A stretch of DNA of 64,000 bases from Diplonema japonicum. Lineage: Eukaryota; Protista; Euglenozoa: Diplonemea. The stretch lies in assembly GCA_964019335.1 (NCBI GenBank), contig OZ025652.1, positions 839,677 to 903,676 on the forward strand, in the 5' to 3' direction. Below are positions 11,201 through 23,496 of the stretch, piece after piece. Under the pieces are notes generated by a model. The model was not told the origin of the DNA. It did no database searches and saw only the letters and a list, made by a program, of their open reading frames with translations. Every line of letters starts with the position of its first letter. The stretch's first letter is position 1. Both the position numbers and the translations under genes were made by a program.

Positions 11201-14200
11201 TGAAAAACGATTCCCTCCCTGATGAGACCATCTCACTGAGGTGCCTCAAGATCCTATCGTGCTTGGGTGATCACCTCAACGAGTTCCTGCACCAAGTGAT
11301 ACCCACCATCATGGAGCTCGTGTCACATGAAGGGTCTGACCTACCCCCTTATTACCAAGGGCTGCAGAGTGCAGCATTGAAGACGCTTCGCAGAATAGGG
11401 AAGGTACTCAGGCTCGAGGACCACGCCTCCGCCATCATCCATCCCCTCTTACGCGTAATGACGAAGCCAGAGAGCATACCTTTACGAGGTGATATTATGG
11501 GCGTGCTGTGCATGATGGTCCATCAGTTGGGATCCGACTATGCTGTCTTCATCCCTATAGTGCACAAGGCAGTCACTGCCGTACATTACACACATAGGAA
11601 GTACAGCGCCCTCATTGAGAGGCTGCTCAAGAACCAAGTGCTCCCTGCCTATAACACGTTGGACATGGACACTGCTGAGATACGATACTTGAACGAGCTG
11701 CTGAACGTTCCTTTGGAAGAAGTACCTACCCTTACTGACGAGGAGGTCAAGCTGCGTGAGAACAGTACAAAGCTTCAGGTGAATCAGAAGGCGGTGCTCA
11801 AAGCATTGTGGGAAGCAGCTAACGTGGTTACCAAGGATGGTTGGGTGAAATGGTTGAGGTCTTTCTCATTGGAATTGTTGCAGCAGTCACCACACATTGC
11901 TTTCAAACTATCTGCGAACTTGGCATCTCAGTTGCAGCCTTTCACAAGGGGGCTTTTCAACGCGGCCTTCGTGTCTGTCTGGTGCAATATACGTGATACG
12001 ACTCAAGAACAACTGTGCGTAGAGCTAGAGAGTATTTTAACAAATAGCACTCTTCCACCTGAGGTGTTGGGGATGCTCCTCAACCTCATTGAGTTCATGG
12101 ACGCCAATGACATGGCAATGCCCATCGATCCCCAGTTGCTGTCGAACCTGGCAACAAAGACATCTGCATTGGCGAAAACTTTGAGATGGAAAGAAATTGC
12201 ATTTCAAATCGCACCACAAGTGACAATCGAGAGGTTGGTGACAATTTACAACCAGCTAGGGCACACACACAGTGCGCTGGGTCTGCTGCACGTTGCAGAG
12301 AAATCAATCGACTCAACAAACAAAGAAAGCTGGTACGAGAGGCTGGAAAAGTGGGAACTTGCCCTCGAGGCACTTGAAAAGGAACGAGACAAGCTGAATG
12401 AACTGAAAGTACCTGATGGTGGCGCAAGGATGAGCATTGGCAGCAACAGTAGTAACGGTGACGATACATATGCCTATTTCCAGAAGGTCACCGAGATCGA
12501 GATGCGAATGATGAGGTGCCTGAACGCTCTGGGGGAGTGGAAGCAGCTGCACAGCATGACAAAAGCGTCGTGGAACACTCTCTCGGCTACCCAGCGCAGT
12601 GACCACGAACAGGATGAAGAAGATGAAGGCGACACACTGCAACATGCCATAGCTCCTTTGGCAACCGCTGCCGCCTGGCGCATGGGGGACTGGACGTTCA
12701 TGGTTGACACCGTTGAGAAGGTATGCACTATTTTACCCAATTTTACAAACGATCTGCAGTTGCCTGCCCATAGCTACGACTACTTCTTCCACAAGGCCAT
12801 TCTTTCGCTCAAGTCTAAAGACGACAAAACCTGCCAGTGGGCGATAGACATGGCGCGTGATAGTCTTGCACAGGTATGTAAGGAAATGCATAACAGTCAA
12901 ACAGGAGCTGACTACCTTGGTGCCGGAGGGCTACGAAAGAAGCTACAAATGTATTGTGCAAGCGCAGCAGCTTGCGGAGATTGAGGAAATACAGTATGCA
13001 GTGCACACTAACATAAGCACAACAGGTTGATGCGCAACGACCCATCCCCGGAAAGGGGCAGGCTTCTCAAGAATGGGTGGATGACGAGGCTCAAGGGATG
13101 CACTAACAGCGTGCAGCATTGGGACGGTATTCTGCAGGTCCGCTCGTTGTTCTTGGACCCCGTTGATGATTGTGGAACATGGCTGAAGTTCACAAGCTTG
13201 TGTCGCAACCAAGGGAAACACAAACTGGAGAAAAAGACACTCCAAATGTTGCTTGGATGCCACCGCGAGGAAGGTTTTGACCCAGACCTGCTCACAAGAG
13301 ATGTCGGAAAGTACAACCCCAGAGTGAGCTTTGCCTACTTCAAGCACTTGTGGGCTATAGGCGAGAAGAAGCCTGCGTACAGCGCGTTGAGTCAACTTGT
13401 ATCGTTCTTGAAAGCAAGGAGGTCTCGCTCTGATGATGAGCTGCTTGCACGATGCTGTTTGAAACTAGGGGACTGGTCACCAGAGACTGGCAACCGCACG
13501 TCACAGAAGGCCATGGACTACTACCGGGAAGCAATGTTTTATGATCAGAAATGGTACCGTGCATGGCACGCTTGGGCTCTTGCTAACCAAAAACAAGGAC
13601 ATGTGACTGCAGAAGGCAGCCCTGACCATGTTGAGTACATAACATCTGCCATCAACGGCTATATCAAGAGCATCACGTTGGGCCCTAGCCATGCCTCTGT
13701 GCTGCAGGATATCTTGAGGTTGCTAACATTGTGGTTCTTGCACGGCACCCACCAGAGCGTGGAGACGGCTGTTAGCGAAGGCTTCAATCTCATCAAGCTC
13801 GACGTGTGGCTTCTGGTCATTCCACAGATAATCGCAAGAGTGCACACAAAGGACAACAGAATAGCCGGCCTTGTAGGGCAACTCCTGCGTAGGATAGGAA
13901 AGGAGTTCCCGCAGTCCCTCGTCTACCCCCTTACTGTGTGCGCGAAGAGCACTCATGCCGATCGGAAACAGGCAGCCTCAAAGATACTGGAAATCATGCG
14001 CGAAGACTCTGCTGCGCTCGTTGAGCAGTGCGAGTTCGTGAGCAACGAACTCATCAGAGTGGCTATCATCTGGCATGAGATGTGGCACTTGGGGATAGAA
14101 GAGGCCTCAAAGCTTTTTTTCGGTTCCAAAGACGTGGAAGGCATGCTGCGTTCACTGTTCCCGCTCCACAACATGATGAAGAAAACAGAGACGCTGCGAG

Positions 14201-15743
14201 AAGTGTCCTTCGTGCAGGCGCACGGGAGGGACTTAGAAGAGGCCTTTGAGTGGTGTCAGAACTACTTGCGCACGGGCGATGAACAGGCCATCCACCAGGC
14301 TTGGGAGCTGTACTACTCGACTTACAAGAAGCTCAGGAAGGTGATCCCTGTGGACTACACGACTCTCGAGCTACAATATTGCAGCCCGCGTCTTGTAATG
14401 GCCAAGAATCTGGATATTACAGTGCCTGGCTTGCCACATGCACGCACAGCCATCAGAATCCAGTCATTCCACCCGCAGATGGACGTCATGCTCAGCAAGC
14501 AACGTCCCAGAAAGATGTCCATACACGGCAGTGACGGCAAGGAGTACAAGTTCCTGTTGAAAGGTCATGAGGACCTCCGTCTGGATGAACGTGTCATGCA
14601 GCTCTTCGGTTTGGTGAACGCTTTGCTGCAGTCGGACACAGCGACCGCTATGAAGACAGCTCTTCAGATCCAGCGTTACCCTGTGATCCCTCTGAACAGC
14701 AACGTAGGGCTGATAGGGTGGGTGGATAACACAGACACGTTGCACACGCTTGTGAAAGAGTTCAGAGAACGAAAGAAAATGCGCATCAATGTTGAGTACC
14801 AGCACATGGTGCAGCTGTGCTACCAGCAGGACCAGGCCTACGAGCATCTGCCCCTGATCAACAAGGTGGAACTGTTCGAGTACATGATGGAAAATACTAC
14901 TGGGCAGGATCTGTACAAAGTTCTGTGGTTACAATCAGGTACAGCAGAAGTATGGGTAGAGAGGCGCACCACTTACACACTGTCATTGGCAACCATGTCT
15001 ATGGTGGGATATATTCTTGGACTGGGGGACAGGCACCCCAACAACCTGATGCTGCAGCGTGTGACCGGCAAAGTGGTTCACATTGACTTCGGTGATTGCT
15101 TTGAAGTAGCGATGCTGAGGGAGAAGTTTCCTGAGAAGATCCCATTCAGGCTCACCAGAATGCTGCGGGGTGCGATGGAGGTCAGCGGTATCGAAGGAAA
15201 CTTCCGCCATGCCTGTCACGACGTCATGCGAGTGCAGAGGGAGCACAAGGGGTCCGTCATGGCCATGCTCGAGGCTTTTGTGCATGATCCTCTGCTGCAG
15301 TGGAGGATCTTGCGTGCTGACAAAGGTAAAGACAAGGTGCAAGACGCCGAAGCGAAAAACGCGACTATGCGAAAGAACATGATAACCGAATACCTTGAGC
15401 AGCAACTGGAGCTCGAGAAGCCGGAAGACGCTATGCCTCCAAGGAAGGACCGGGCAGAAGACGAAAAAGAGTTGATGGCTGCATCCGTGAGGGGTGATGA
15501 GGGTGTGATCGCAAACCAAGAGCCCACTGGGTCCCACAAGGGTGTTCAGCTTCTCAAGAGAATCGATGATAAACTGAATGGAAAGGACTTCGAGCGCGTG
15601 GCACCTGAAGAAGGGTTAGATATTACCAAGCAGGTATGCTTAGCAACTTCAACCACCCCCTGCAGGTCGACAGACTTATCAACCAAGCTTCGAGTGTTGA
15701 GAACCTCTGCCAGTGCTACATTGGGTGGTGTCCATTCTGGTGA
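8221..15743 (+). CDS. TOR: Target of rapamycin kinase; exons 8221-12720, 12760-12873, 12905-12993, 13026-15633, 15666-15743
   Basis: HEAT repeats, FAT, FRB ([20 protein letters not shown]), kinase ([41 protein letters not shown]). Removing the last intron yields the FATC end [14 protein letters not shown]. Confidence 0.97.
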
Positions 15744-15946
15744 TTTGGTGTCTGTTTTGTTGTGCAATATTTAAAAGTTAGTGTCTTAAATGGCTGTCAG
15801 TGTGCTCCATGTGTTTTGTACTGATGTTGGGTTGCTTTTATGTGAGCCTTAGGATACGTACCGACAATAGGCAGCCTTGCGGGCTGGCGAGTCTTTCTTC
15901 ACTTTCCCATTTATTTTAGCACGTACCATACCAAGCCGCACTACAG

Positions 15947-16684
15947 ATGGCGGACATCGAGTACTATGAGGATCCAGATGCGACGCTTGAGTTGATTAAT
16001 GTGGGGAGCAGCTGTGCAGCTGTACGGCTGCTGCAGATCAGGTTGTTTGGGCTTGAGGTGTTGCGGAACAGCGTGAGGGATAAGGTGCGACGAGTGGCAA
16101 AAGAAGAAAGAGAAGCGGCTGAAATGTATAAGCTGAAAGAAAGGTGCATCGATTGGTTGGGTGACAAGTGGTTTGTTATGATGCACATCTTCAGAAGAGT
16201 AAAGGGCACACCGGGACACGAAACGGAATGCAACGTCCACAGGTGCCTTGTATTCTGCGATTCTTCCACAAAGTGTTGGCTGGTTGTCGAATGCGATCCG
16301 AAACTGGAGATCAAGAGCGTCGACTATGCACGCCAGGCTGCCCACGACTTGCACGCAATACTGTCACACATTGAGTTCCCCATCTCTGACATATCATTCT
16401 TGGTCTATGCGCAATGCTCCACTGGCCTTCCTGAAGAAAAGGGTAGAGGGCGCCTTGATCTATCCTCACCGGCGACCATCACTCCTTTGGAAAAGGCCCA
16501 TGTGGAGGAGTTGGTTAACTGTGATGCTGGTCAGAAAGCAGTACGGGATCTCAAACGACAACATAAAACCCGCAAAGGCTGTGACCCACCACCAGGGTCG
16601 CTTTTGAAAGAAGGCAGGACGGTAGTTCCGAACAAACAGTACATGATTTACCACCATACTGGCATCAAAACACTACAGGGTTAA
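15947..16684 (+). CDS. Hypothetical protein
   Basis: 245-aa ORF directly after CTACAG. The 3' end is uncertain because it runs into the next gene's likely acceptor. Confidence 0.6.
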   Translation: MADIEYYEDPDATLELINVGSSCAAVRLLQIRLFGLEVLRNSVRDKVRRVAKEEREAAEMYKLKERCIDWLGDKWFVMMHIFRRVKGTPGHETECNVHRCLVFCDSSTKCWLVVECDPKLEIKSVDYARQAAHDLHAILSHIEFPISDISFLVYAQCSTGLPEEKGRGRLDLSSPATITPLEKAHVEELVNCDAGQKAVRDLKRQHKTRKGCDPPPGSLLKEGRTVVPNKQYMIYHHTGIKTLQG

Positions 16685-16685
16685 T

Positions 16686-19565
16686 ATGTTGCTTGTGCTG
16701 GCAACTGTGATGGCGACATGTCTCGAGCAGCTCAACAATATGGCTTGCGCGAACAACGTGACGTGCTTCACATGTGCTGATAGAATTGCATTCCTGGAGG
16801 ATGTGCAGAATATGAAACGTGCTAATGCAGAGGCGCAGATTGCGCAAGAATTCCCCACTGAGTGCGGGGCATGTACCGGCCGCGTTGTTACACCAGTGCT
16901 GACGCAGGAATGCGATGCGGTGGTGACAGTGCAGGCTTGTTCAAACGGCGAGTGTCACTCGTGTGGCTCGCGCATACAGTACCTGTACACTGTTCAGCAG
17001 TACTCCATCAATGGTGCAGTGCTTCAGATTGCGCGTGAGTTTCCTACCGAGTGCGGGGCATGTTTGCCACCCGATGTGACACCTCCGCACAGCTCCTATC
17101 CAGTGAAGAACCCAGTCAGGTTCGAACGCTTCATGCGGATAAACCTTGCGACCTCAGGCAACATGCCTCTCTCCTACCGCGTGGAGCCCGCCACTTACTT
17201 CAACGAAGTCCCTACCCACATGAAGACCCTGACGTACACCCAGAGCGAAACTGTTGCCGAGTGTTCGGCCAGCGCCACGAAAGGTGTTGCAACTGCTGAC
17301 CAGCTCAACGAGTACACCTTCCAGACGGAGCGGTACCTAACTACGTTGGGCCTTGACGTCTACGACGGGGCTGTGTGGTCGATGGCCATGAGTGTGCTGA
17401 CAAATGAACAGCTGGTAAGGAAGTATACAAGGAGCGTACTGGAAACGAGCACTACTGCAGGCCTCCAGAGTATCAGGTCCGACCTTGCTTGCAAAGGAAA
17501 GGATTGTGACCCGTTTAAAGAAAGCTGCGGTGTGTGCTACGGAGATGACTACACAACGCTTTCTAAGGACAACGCGCTGATGATTCGTCTCATTGGTGAC
17601 CACTTCGCCGCACCTGGGTCTTCGGACGCGCGCTGCCCCGATATTTCAAAAGCCTGGCAATGGAATGACTTCAAACCCATATTGGGAGAGAATGCATGGT
17701 CCTTGCTGCTGGGGCCACTCGCAACTGCTATTCAGAGGTACGGGTCGGCTGCTGCGATCCCCGAAACAAGCAAAGACTTCCTACTTGCCCTCAACATCAT
17801 CCCAGCCCTTGAAGCCTTGAAAGTAAACGTCAGTGAAGGCTCTGACGGCTACGGGGCTTACTACTACACGGCAAACAACATTTTCACCTACGCAGGCTCC
17901 AACAACCTGAACGCAGGCTCCACAGTGAGTATTGAGAACCAAGCATCGTTGTACGCCGGGCTAAAGGGCTTGGAATACGTACTCTCGGAAATGAAATGCA
18001 CGAACCTCGACTGCCGTGCAATCAGGTGCGATGTGGGGGTGCATGTGAACGCTGTAGAAAGCCTTTTGCTGTCGGCGTATAACGGACAGTACTTCCGCAC
18101 CGACGGGGCTTATAATGCCACTACACGCGTATGGACTTGGCACGAGGATTCACCTTTTGCTGCGGACTGCCAGACCTGGGTGGGCACTGTGCTGGGGCCT
18201 GCAAAAATTGACGCACGTTATGGGACAAACACAACGAGGAACTTGTGGCAAACCATCAAGGACAAGGCAGGTTATGGAAGATTTCAGAACGGCACTGTTC
18301 GCGGGGTAGGCTATGATGACATCAAGGACCCTGTCTACTACGCCAACAGCACAACTGTAGCCTCTCCCACATTCAAAATAAGCCTCAGCATCTTGTCGTC
18401 ACTGTTTGACCCAACGACCTACATGCCGCTACTAGACAGCTTCCTCAGCAATAACTCGATGGGAGTGAAGGCTGAGGTTGTCTCACACCAGAGGGAAACC
18501 AACGGCTTCGAGAGCGTCTCTGTTGCCTTCGTGGCACAGGAGGGAGTTGACTACACTACAGTGCGTGACGTGTGCTTCGCACTTGTGTACGATCTAAACA
18601 CACCAGGGAACGCTATCAGGGACACATTATCTGTCTCGCGTGTAAGCTACACTGAAGTCTTTTCTGCTGAGTGGACATTGGGTGCCGTCAATTTTGCACG
18701 CCTCATCGCAGCGGAGTCCAGCTATCCTACCAACGAGGTGGAAGACATCCTGTGGGATGCGGACTTCATGCGTAGATCGTTAGAAGAAGAACAGCTCTTC
18801 AGTTTCACTCACTTGGGTTTAGCTACCGAGGCTTTTACCTACGCCAATGCAAGGTACTACGTACCGTTTGGCTGGTGGGCAAATAACATACCTAGTACTG
18901 CATCCACCGGTTGGGGTGTTATGGTGGACATGGGCTGGAACCCTTTGCACGTGCTAGGCACGATGTCCTCCTCTTACCCAAAGCCTGCACAGTTCTGTGA
19001 TACACCAGCACCTGCAACGACCGCCTCCCCCCCTGAGTTCAGTTCGAAGTACGTAGCACTCAGCATAGGGTCGGCACCGCTTGACAAGGTGGTTGGGGCT
19101 GTGAGCGAGATGCAGGCAAGCGTAGTAAAGTTGCTCTCTGCAACGACCAACGAGTGTGTCCAGATTTGTGCGATGAAGTTCATTAGTAATGTTTGGTTTT
19201 CGCAACAGTGCTATTCGTGTGACGGCACTGCTCAAAATAGACATAGTGAAACACTTGCAGTGCCTGAAAGGCACGACGTGTTGTTCACAATGACCACGCA
19301 GCACAGTTATGCAGACGCAGCGCACGTTCTGACCCAGAATGGCCCCTCAATCATTCATCCCACTCGGGGGGCCTTTGATGGTGTCGCAGTAACGGCCTCA
19401 ACACCAGCGCCAAAAAATACACCTTCCCCAGACACACCTTCTCCTGCACAACAACCAACCACGGTGGCACCTCCTGTCTCCCCAGGTACGCCGTCTTCAG
19501 CACAGAAGCTGCTCCCCCATACATTTCTCGCTGCTTTCTGTATTATACTATTAGTTATTTACTGA
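16686..19565 (+). CDS. Secreted, probably GPI-anchored protein with two N-terminal Cys repeats and a large aromatic-rich domain
   Basis: Signal peptide; two C..RI.(F/Y)L...QIA.EFPTECGAC repeats; P/S/T-rich stalk and hydrophobic C-terminus (FLAAFCIILLVIY). Confidence 0.8.
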   Translation: MLLVLATVMATCLEQLNNMACANNVTCFTCADRIAFLEDVQNMKRANAEAQIAQEFPTECGACTGRVVTPVLTQECDAVVTVQACSNGECHSCGSRIQYLYTVQQYSINGAVLQIAREFPTECGACLPPDVTPPHSSYPVKNPVRFERFMRINLATSGNMPLSYRVEPATYFNEVPTHMKTLTYTQSETVAECSASATKGVATADQLNEYTFQTERYLTTLGLDVYDGAVWSMAMSVLTNEQLVRKYTRSVLETSTTAGLQSIRSDLACKGKDCDPFKESCGVCYGDDYTTLSKDNALMIRLIGDHFAAPGSSDARCPDISKAWQWNDFKPILGENAWSLLLGPLATAIQRYGSAAAIPETSKDFLLALNIIPALEALKVNVSEGSDGYGAYYYTANNIFTYAGSNNLNAGSTVSIENQASLYAGLKGLEYVLSEMKCTNLDCRAIRCDVGVHVNAVESLLLSAYNGQYFRTDGAYNATTRVWTWHEDSPFAADCQTWVGTVLGPAKIDARYGTNTTRNLWQTIKDKAGYGRFQNGTVRGVGYDDIKDPVYYANSTTVASPTFKISLSILSSLFDPTTYMPLLDSFLSNNSMGVKAEVVSHQRETNGFESVSVAFVAQEGVDYTTVRDVCFALVYDLNTPGNAIRDTLSVSRVSYTEVFSAEWTLGAVNFARLIAAESSYPTNEVEDILWDADFMRRSLEEEQLFSFTHLGLATEAFTYANARYYVPFGWWANNIPSTASTGWGVMVDMGWNPLHVLGTMSSSYPKPAQFCDTPAPATTASPPEFSSKYVALSIGSAPLDKVVGAVSEMQASVVKLLSATTNECVQICAMKFISNVWFSQQCYSCDGTAQNRHSETLAVPERHDVLFTMTTQHSYADAAHVLTQNGPSIIHPTRGAFDGVAVTASTPAPKNTPSPDTPSPAQQPTTVAPPVSPGTPSSAQKLLPHTFLAAFCIILLVIY

Positions 19566-19649
19566 TGACTGGTGTATCAACATGACACAACCATGCTCAT
19601 TTCCTTTTTATAAACACCTCAGACATGACACATCTTGTGGCAGGCTACA

Positions 19650-20673
19650 ATGCGCAACGTGGCCCTTAGACAGCATGAAATCGTGTTGCATAGCCTCCTT
19701 CGGAGGCGGAGCTTCGACGAAAAGTGGCCAAGAAGGTTGGCACTCCTGTCGATGATTTTACTTGTCGTGTATGCCTCCTACGTGCTGCTGAAGGATGCTG
19801 AGCATCCCGAGGGGGGTGTTTGGGAGTCGCGAAAGGGCAATACTGCGGACCGAAGAGTAAGGAACACCCATCTGGGTTTGCCGGCTTCTGGGAGCGAAGT
19901 GCATCTATCGGAGCGTGACGACGTCGGCGACTCAGGGTTCGCCGTAAAGGGGGCTATCTATGCGGCTAAGATTATTGACTTTGTTAGTGAGCACGACGGT
20001 GTGGGTGAGTACAATATGTGGATCGACGCGGGCCTAGCAGTACACTACGGCACAAAAACAAAATGTAAAATAAAATCGCACAACTTGTTAGCAGTCGGCA
20101 TGCTAAAGACCGATAACGACGTGGTGCTGGCTAGGTACGGGGAATTTCCAAAAGACAGAGACTGCTCGGTCCAGCGAACAGCAACGACTGTCTCCCCTGA
20201 TGCCGGCTGGTTCATTGAATGCAACACAGTAGAAATACGAGTCTTGCTGTACGAAGATTACAACAGAACCCACTTGTACCTTCCATGGCCCCGTGGCTAC
20301 ACGCGATGCCTGCACTGTACGACCGACGACTTGTACCTGTTGAAAGACGCTGTAAGCACCATTGTGGAATGCGGGGTCTGGAGCAAGAAGAGTACGCTTC
20401 ACGGACACACATATTGCCCTTCTAATATCGATGCTTACCTGTCGAACTGGACGGGCACCCCGGACTGGGCTGAGCTCCACACAGGTCACATGTTCAACCA
20501 TGCCGCATTAACACGTGCGGTCCAGTATGTTGTGTACCTAGTATTCATATTAACACAGCTACACTTTTTATGCCGTACTACGTTTTGTGGTAGGGGCTGT
20601 CCTCCTGGTTGTCGCAGTTGTGATTATCGTGCTACTAGCAACAAAGGCATCTATGGTAATGAAGAGAGATTAG
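19650..20673 (+). CDS. Membrane protein, possibly degenerate LicD/fukutin-like; intron 20525-20558
   Basis: N-terminal TM; WIDAG and CPSNIDAYLSNWTGTPDW weakly recall LicD motifs. Splicing gives a C-terminal TM (FVVGAVLLVVAVVIIVLL). Confidence 0.5.
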
Positions 20674-20731
20674 TGATTAATGATAATATTGTCAGTAGCG
20701 GCATGCATTTGTCACAGGCTTAGGCTTTAAA

Positions 20732-21520
20732 ATGAAAGTAGTAATTGCGTGTGTGTTGAGCTTAAGTGCTGTCAGCAGCGGTATGCTGGTGGGGATGGCC
20801 CAAATCGAAGGCGCACAGGGCGTCGCACCCCAGCAGGAAGTGGAAAACAACATTAAAGGCGAGTACACGAAACTGACGCTTGAAGCGGGCGGTAAAGGTG
20901 TCAAGGCACTTGTTTACCCCGAGTTCGGTCTCATGAAGCATTCTTTTGAGCGTGGTGCCAGTGAAAACTGTACACATCTTGCGGAGTACTGTGATGTGGT
21001 GCCGCCTCTTGGTACTGCGAAATGCGGCGGTAGCACCCAAACCGACAAGCTTTCGTGTCTAGCTGGCCAGGCAGGGCTCACCCTATCTGTCAATGCATGC
21101 GAGAGGGACACGAACGGCGAGATTTGGAACGTGCAACTTATTTTCGATAAGACAGGCAACTTCACACATAAGTACAAGAAAACCCACCCCTTTGTGCACT
21201 GCTTCTCAGCACCTGCAACACCAGAACACGTTATTGTACCGGTTGAGGACTTTATCTTTGGAATTTTCACGTGCAAGGACATCCTGTATGAGACCCCAGG
21301 GGTGACCCTGAGGCACATGGGCATCGACCACTTCCTGTACTGCGCTGACATTGCAATGGTTGGGGAGGACACTGTCAGTGAATGGTCTAAGGTGCACAAC
21401 GCTACTATGGTGTATTCCGACATGAACAACCGTCAGGGAGGTGTGCTCAGAAGAGGTGAAAGGCTTACGCTTAAACCCCCTGCTGGGTCTCTGGTGATTA
21501 CTTACGACCTTCAGAAATAG
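20732..21520 (+). CDS. Secreted nitrilase-superfamily hydrolase (vanin/biotinidase-like)
   Basis: Catalytic triad motifs VYPEFGL, KYKKTHPF and FGIFTCKDILY; signal peptide. Confidence 0.85.
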   Translation: MKVVIACVLSLSAVSSGMLVGMAQIEGAQGVAPQQEVENNIKGEYTKLTLEAGGKGVKALVYPEFGLMKHSFERGASENCTHLAEYCDVVPPLGTAKCGGSTQTDKLSCLAGQAGLTLSVNACERDTNGEIWNVQLIFDKTGNFTHKYKKTHPFVHCFSAPATPEHVIVPVEDFIFGIFTCKDILYETPGVTLRHMGIDHFLYCADIAMVGEDTVSEWSKVHNATMVYSDMNNRQGGVLRRGERLTLKPPAGSLVITYDLQK

Positions 21521-21684
21521 CCAGCTTATCGTATTCGAATAACAGCTAACGTCTTCAGGCCCGTGTGCCCGCCGATTCCTATTCTTTTGCGCACAGGTTC
21601 ACTGTGTATTATTTCGTGTTCTTTTGTGTGAGCTGTTTTTAATGTTAATTTCTTCCAATGATTTTTGACACTTTCTAGGTAATC

Positions 21685-23328
21685 ATGGTGTGGTTGCTGC
21701 TAGCTACTAGCGTAGTTTTAGCTCAGAGTGATTGCACAGGTGACCAACCGCTGGCTATTCCCACCGCACTGGGCAGCCAAGGTGACGTCTTGACTTCACT
21801 TTTATTCAAATACGGCATGGTGTATAATCTGCAGCCACGAGAGACGATCACTTGCGAACAGCTTCTCAACTATGCACCTCTTGTTTGCGAAGATATCCAA
21901 GTGAGAGCCTTCTGTTGCTCCTCATGCGAGACGACATACGAACAGTGCTGCAGCGACGAGAAATTGAGGTTCGCAATGTTAAATACATCATTTGATGCTG
22001 CGTGGACTTTCGATGAAAACGGAATAGGAAACGCAAGATGGAAGGGTATGGTGCCCGACTACCTGGAAGAACTCTCGCTCCTCATGGGGTTTAATTACAC
22101 TTATGTGCCCACTCCTTTTACCGCCTTCGTCAGCGGTACCACGCTATCCAACAACGATGTCGACCTGTCCTTCACACAAGTGCACTCCTTCTTCTACAAC
22201 AGGCACGCGCTGTCGTACCCAGTCTCACGGCCCATCCTCGTCTTTCAGCACGGCATAGTGATTCGCAAGCTTTCACACGGAGGGGGTTACTGGAGGATCT
22301 TCTCCCCGTTCACCACGCAACTCTGGGTTCTCATCTGTGCTGGAATAATAACTTCTGGTGGGATTTTCTGGTTAGTAGAGAGTAGGTACGCAAACGACAT
22401 GAAGCGCACCCCTGCGGGCGTCATGGGCGCTGCCTACTTCGCCATCACAACCTTGCTTGTTGGGGGGGAAGGTTACGAAGTAGTGACGTGGTTAGGTAGG
22501 CTCCTTAGGATAGGCACACTATTCTTTGTACTTATCGTTAATAGCACGTACACAGCAGAGCTAGCTTCCATCCTCACTCAAGAATCACGCACTGTAGATG
22601 GACCGACAACACTGGAAGCCGCGAAACAGACCAGGGTATGCTGCCTCTTAGGCAGGAGCGAACCTTCTTGCATATCGGATATGTGGGTGGAGCCCCCGTT
22701 TTCAACGATCGGAACACCAGCTGCTTTGGAGTTCTGTGTGAACGCATTGAAAACGGATGTGGTGGACGGCATACAGGCAGATGAGTTCACGATTGCGGCA
22801 ATCGTTGCGAAGAACTGCGACGACTTCATGCTGTCTGGCGTGAACTTGCAGCCAAAAGAGTTCTCGTTCGTCGCATCTCCGAACAACACGCACTTCATAC
22901 CACTCCTCAACGGTGCCATGGCGTTCATTCGCACCAGCGACAAATTTCGGGAAATCCAGGACCGCCACTACCCTCAGCCCTGCGTAGGTGGGGAGCAGGA
23001 AGAAGGCGAGTTAGTTGTCGATGTTACACACATGAGCGGACTGTTCATAATATTTGCATGTTTCTGTGTGCTCGTGATCTTATTGTTCCTGATACGCAGT
23101 ACTTTAGAAACGCTTGGTGTCTGGGAAGGACGCACCCTGAAGGGTGAAGTGAAACAGAACGACATGTACGACTCCCCGACGTTGCCCAACGAGGAATCGA
23201 ACGCGCCAGTCACCAAGGAAGAAATAGCTATGATCTTTGCGAACCAGAGGAAAATAATGCAAACCCTCACTCAGCTTCAGAAAGATGTTATCCCTAAAGC
23301 ACCCCCATCTCAACTCCATTTACAGTAG
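21685..23328 (+). CDS. Ionotropic glutamate receptor-like channel
   Basis: S1 (WKGMVPDYLEELS), pre-M1 IFSPFTTQLW, pore loop YFAITTLL, M3 STYTAELASILT (SYTANLAA-like), S2, M4 (MSGLFIIF). Confidence 0.88.
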   Translation: MVWLLLATSVVLAQSDCTGDQPLAIPTALGSQGDVLTSLLFKYGMVYNLQPRETITCEQLLNYAPLVCEDIQVRAFCCSSCETTYEQCCSDEKLRFAMLNTSFDAAWTFDENGIGNARWKGMVPDYLEELSLLMGFNYTYVPTPFTAFVSGTTLSNNDVDLSFTQVHSFFYNRHALSYPVSRPILVFQHGIVIRKLSHGGGYWRIFSPFTTQLWVLICAGIITSGGIFWLVESRYANDMKRTPAGVMGAAYFAITTLLVGGEGYEVVTWLGRLLRIGTLFFVLIVNSTYTAELASILTQESRTVDGPTTLEAAKQTRVCCLLGRSEPSCISDMWVEPPFSTIGTPAALEFCVNALKTDVVDGIQADEFTIAAIVAKNCDDFMLSGVNLQPKEFSFVASPNNTHFIPLLNGAMAFIRTSDKFREIQDRHYPQPCVGGEQEEGELVVDVTHMSGLFIIFACFCVLVILLFLIRSTLETLGVWEGRTLKGEVKQNDMYDSPTLPNEESNAPVTKEEIAMIFANQRKIMQTLTQLQKDVIPKAPPSQLHLQ

Positions 23329-23496
23329 AGGCACTCCTGCGTGCCATTATCCTCCTGTGGATTTACTTCCATGATTCTCTCTTCGTGGATCAATTCGTCA
23401 CTTCCTTCATAGAAGCGTTCTGATATTCGGGTTTTATTTTTGTTCACACCACTCACGCCACGCAGGTACCATACACAATGAGATCCGAGCCACATC

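Noticed and set aside
8221-15774. TOR as two genes or a frameshifted pseudogene
   Set aside because: Four short GT-AG introns join the ORFs and restore FAT and FATC.
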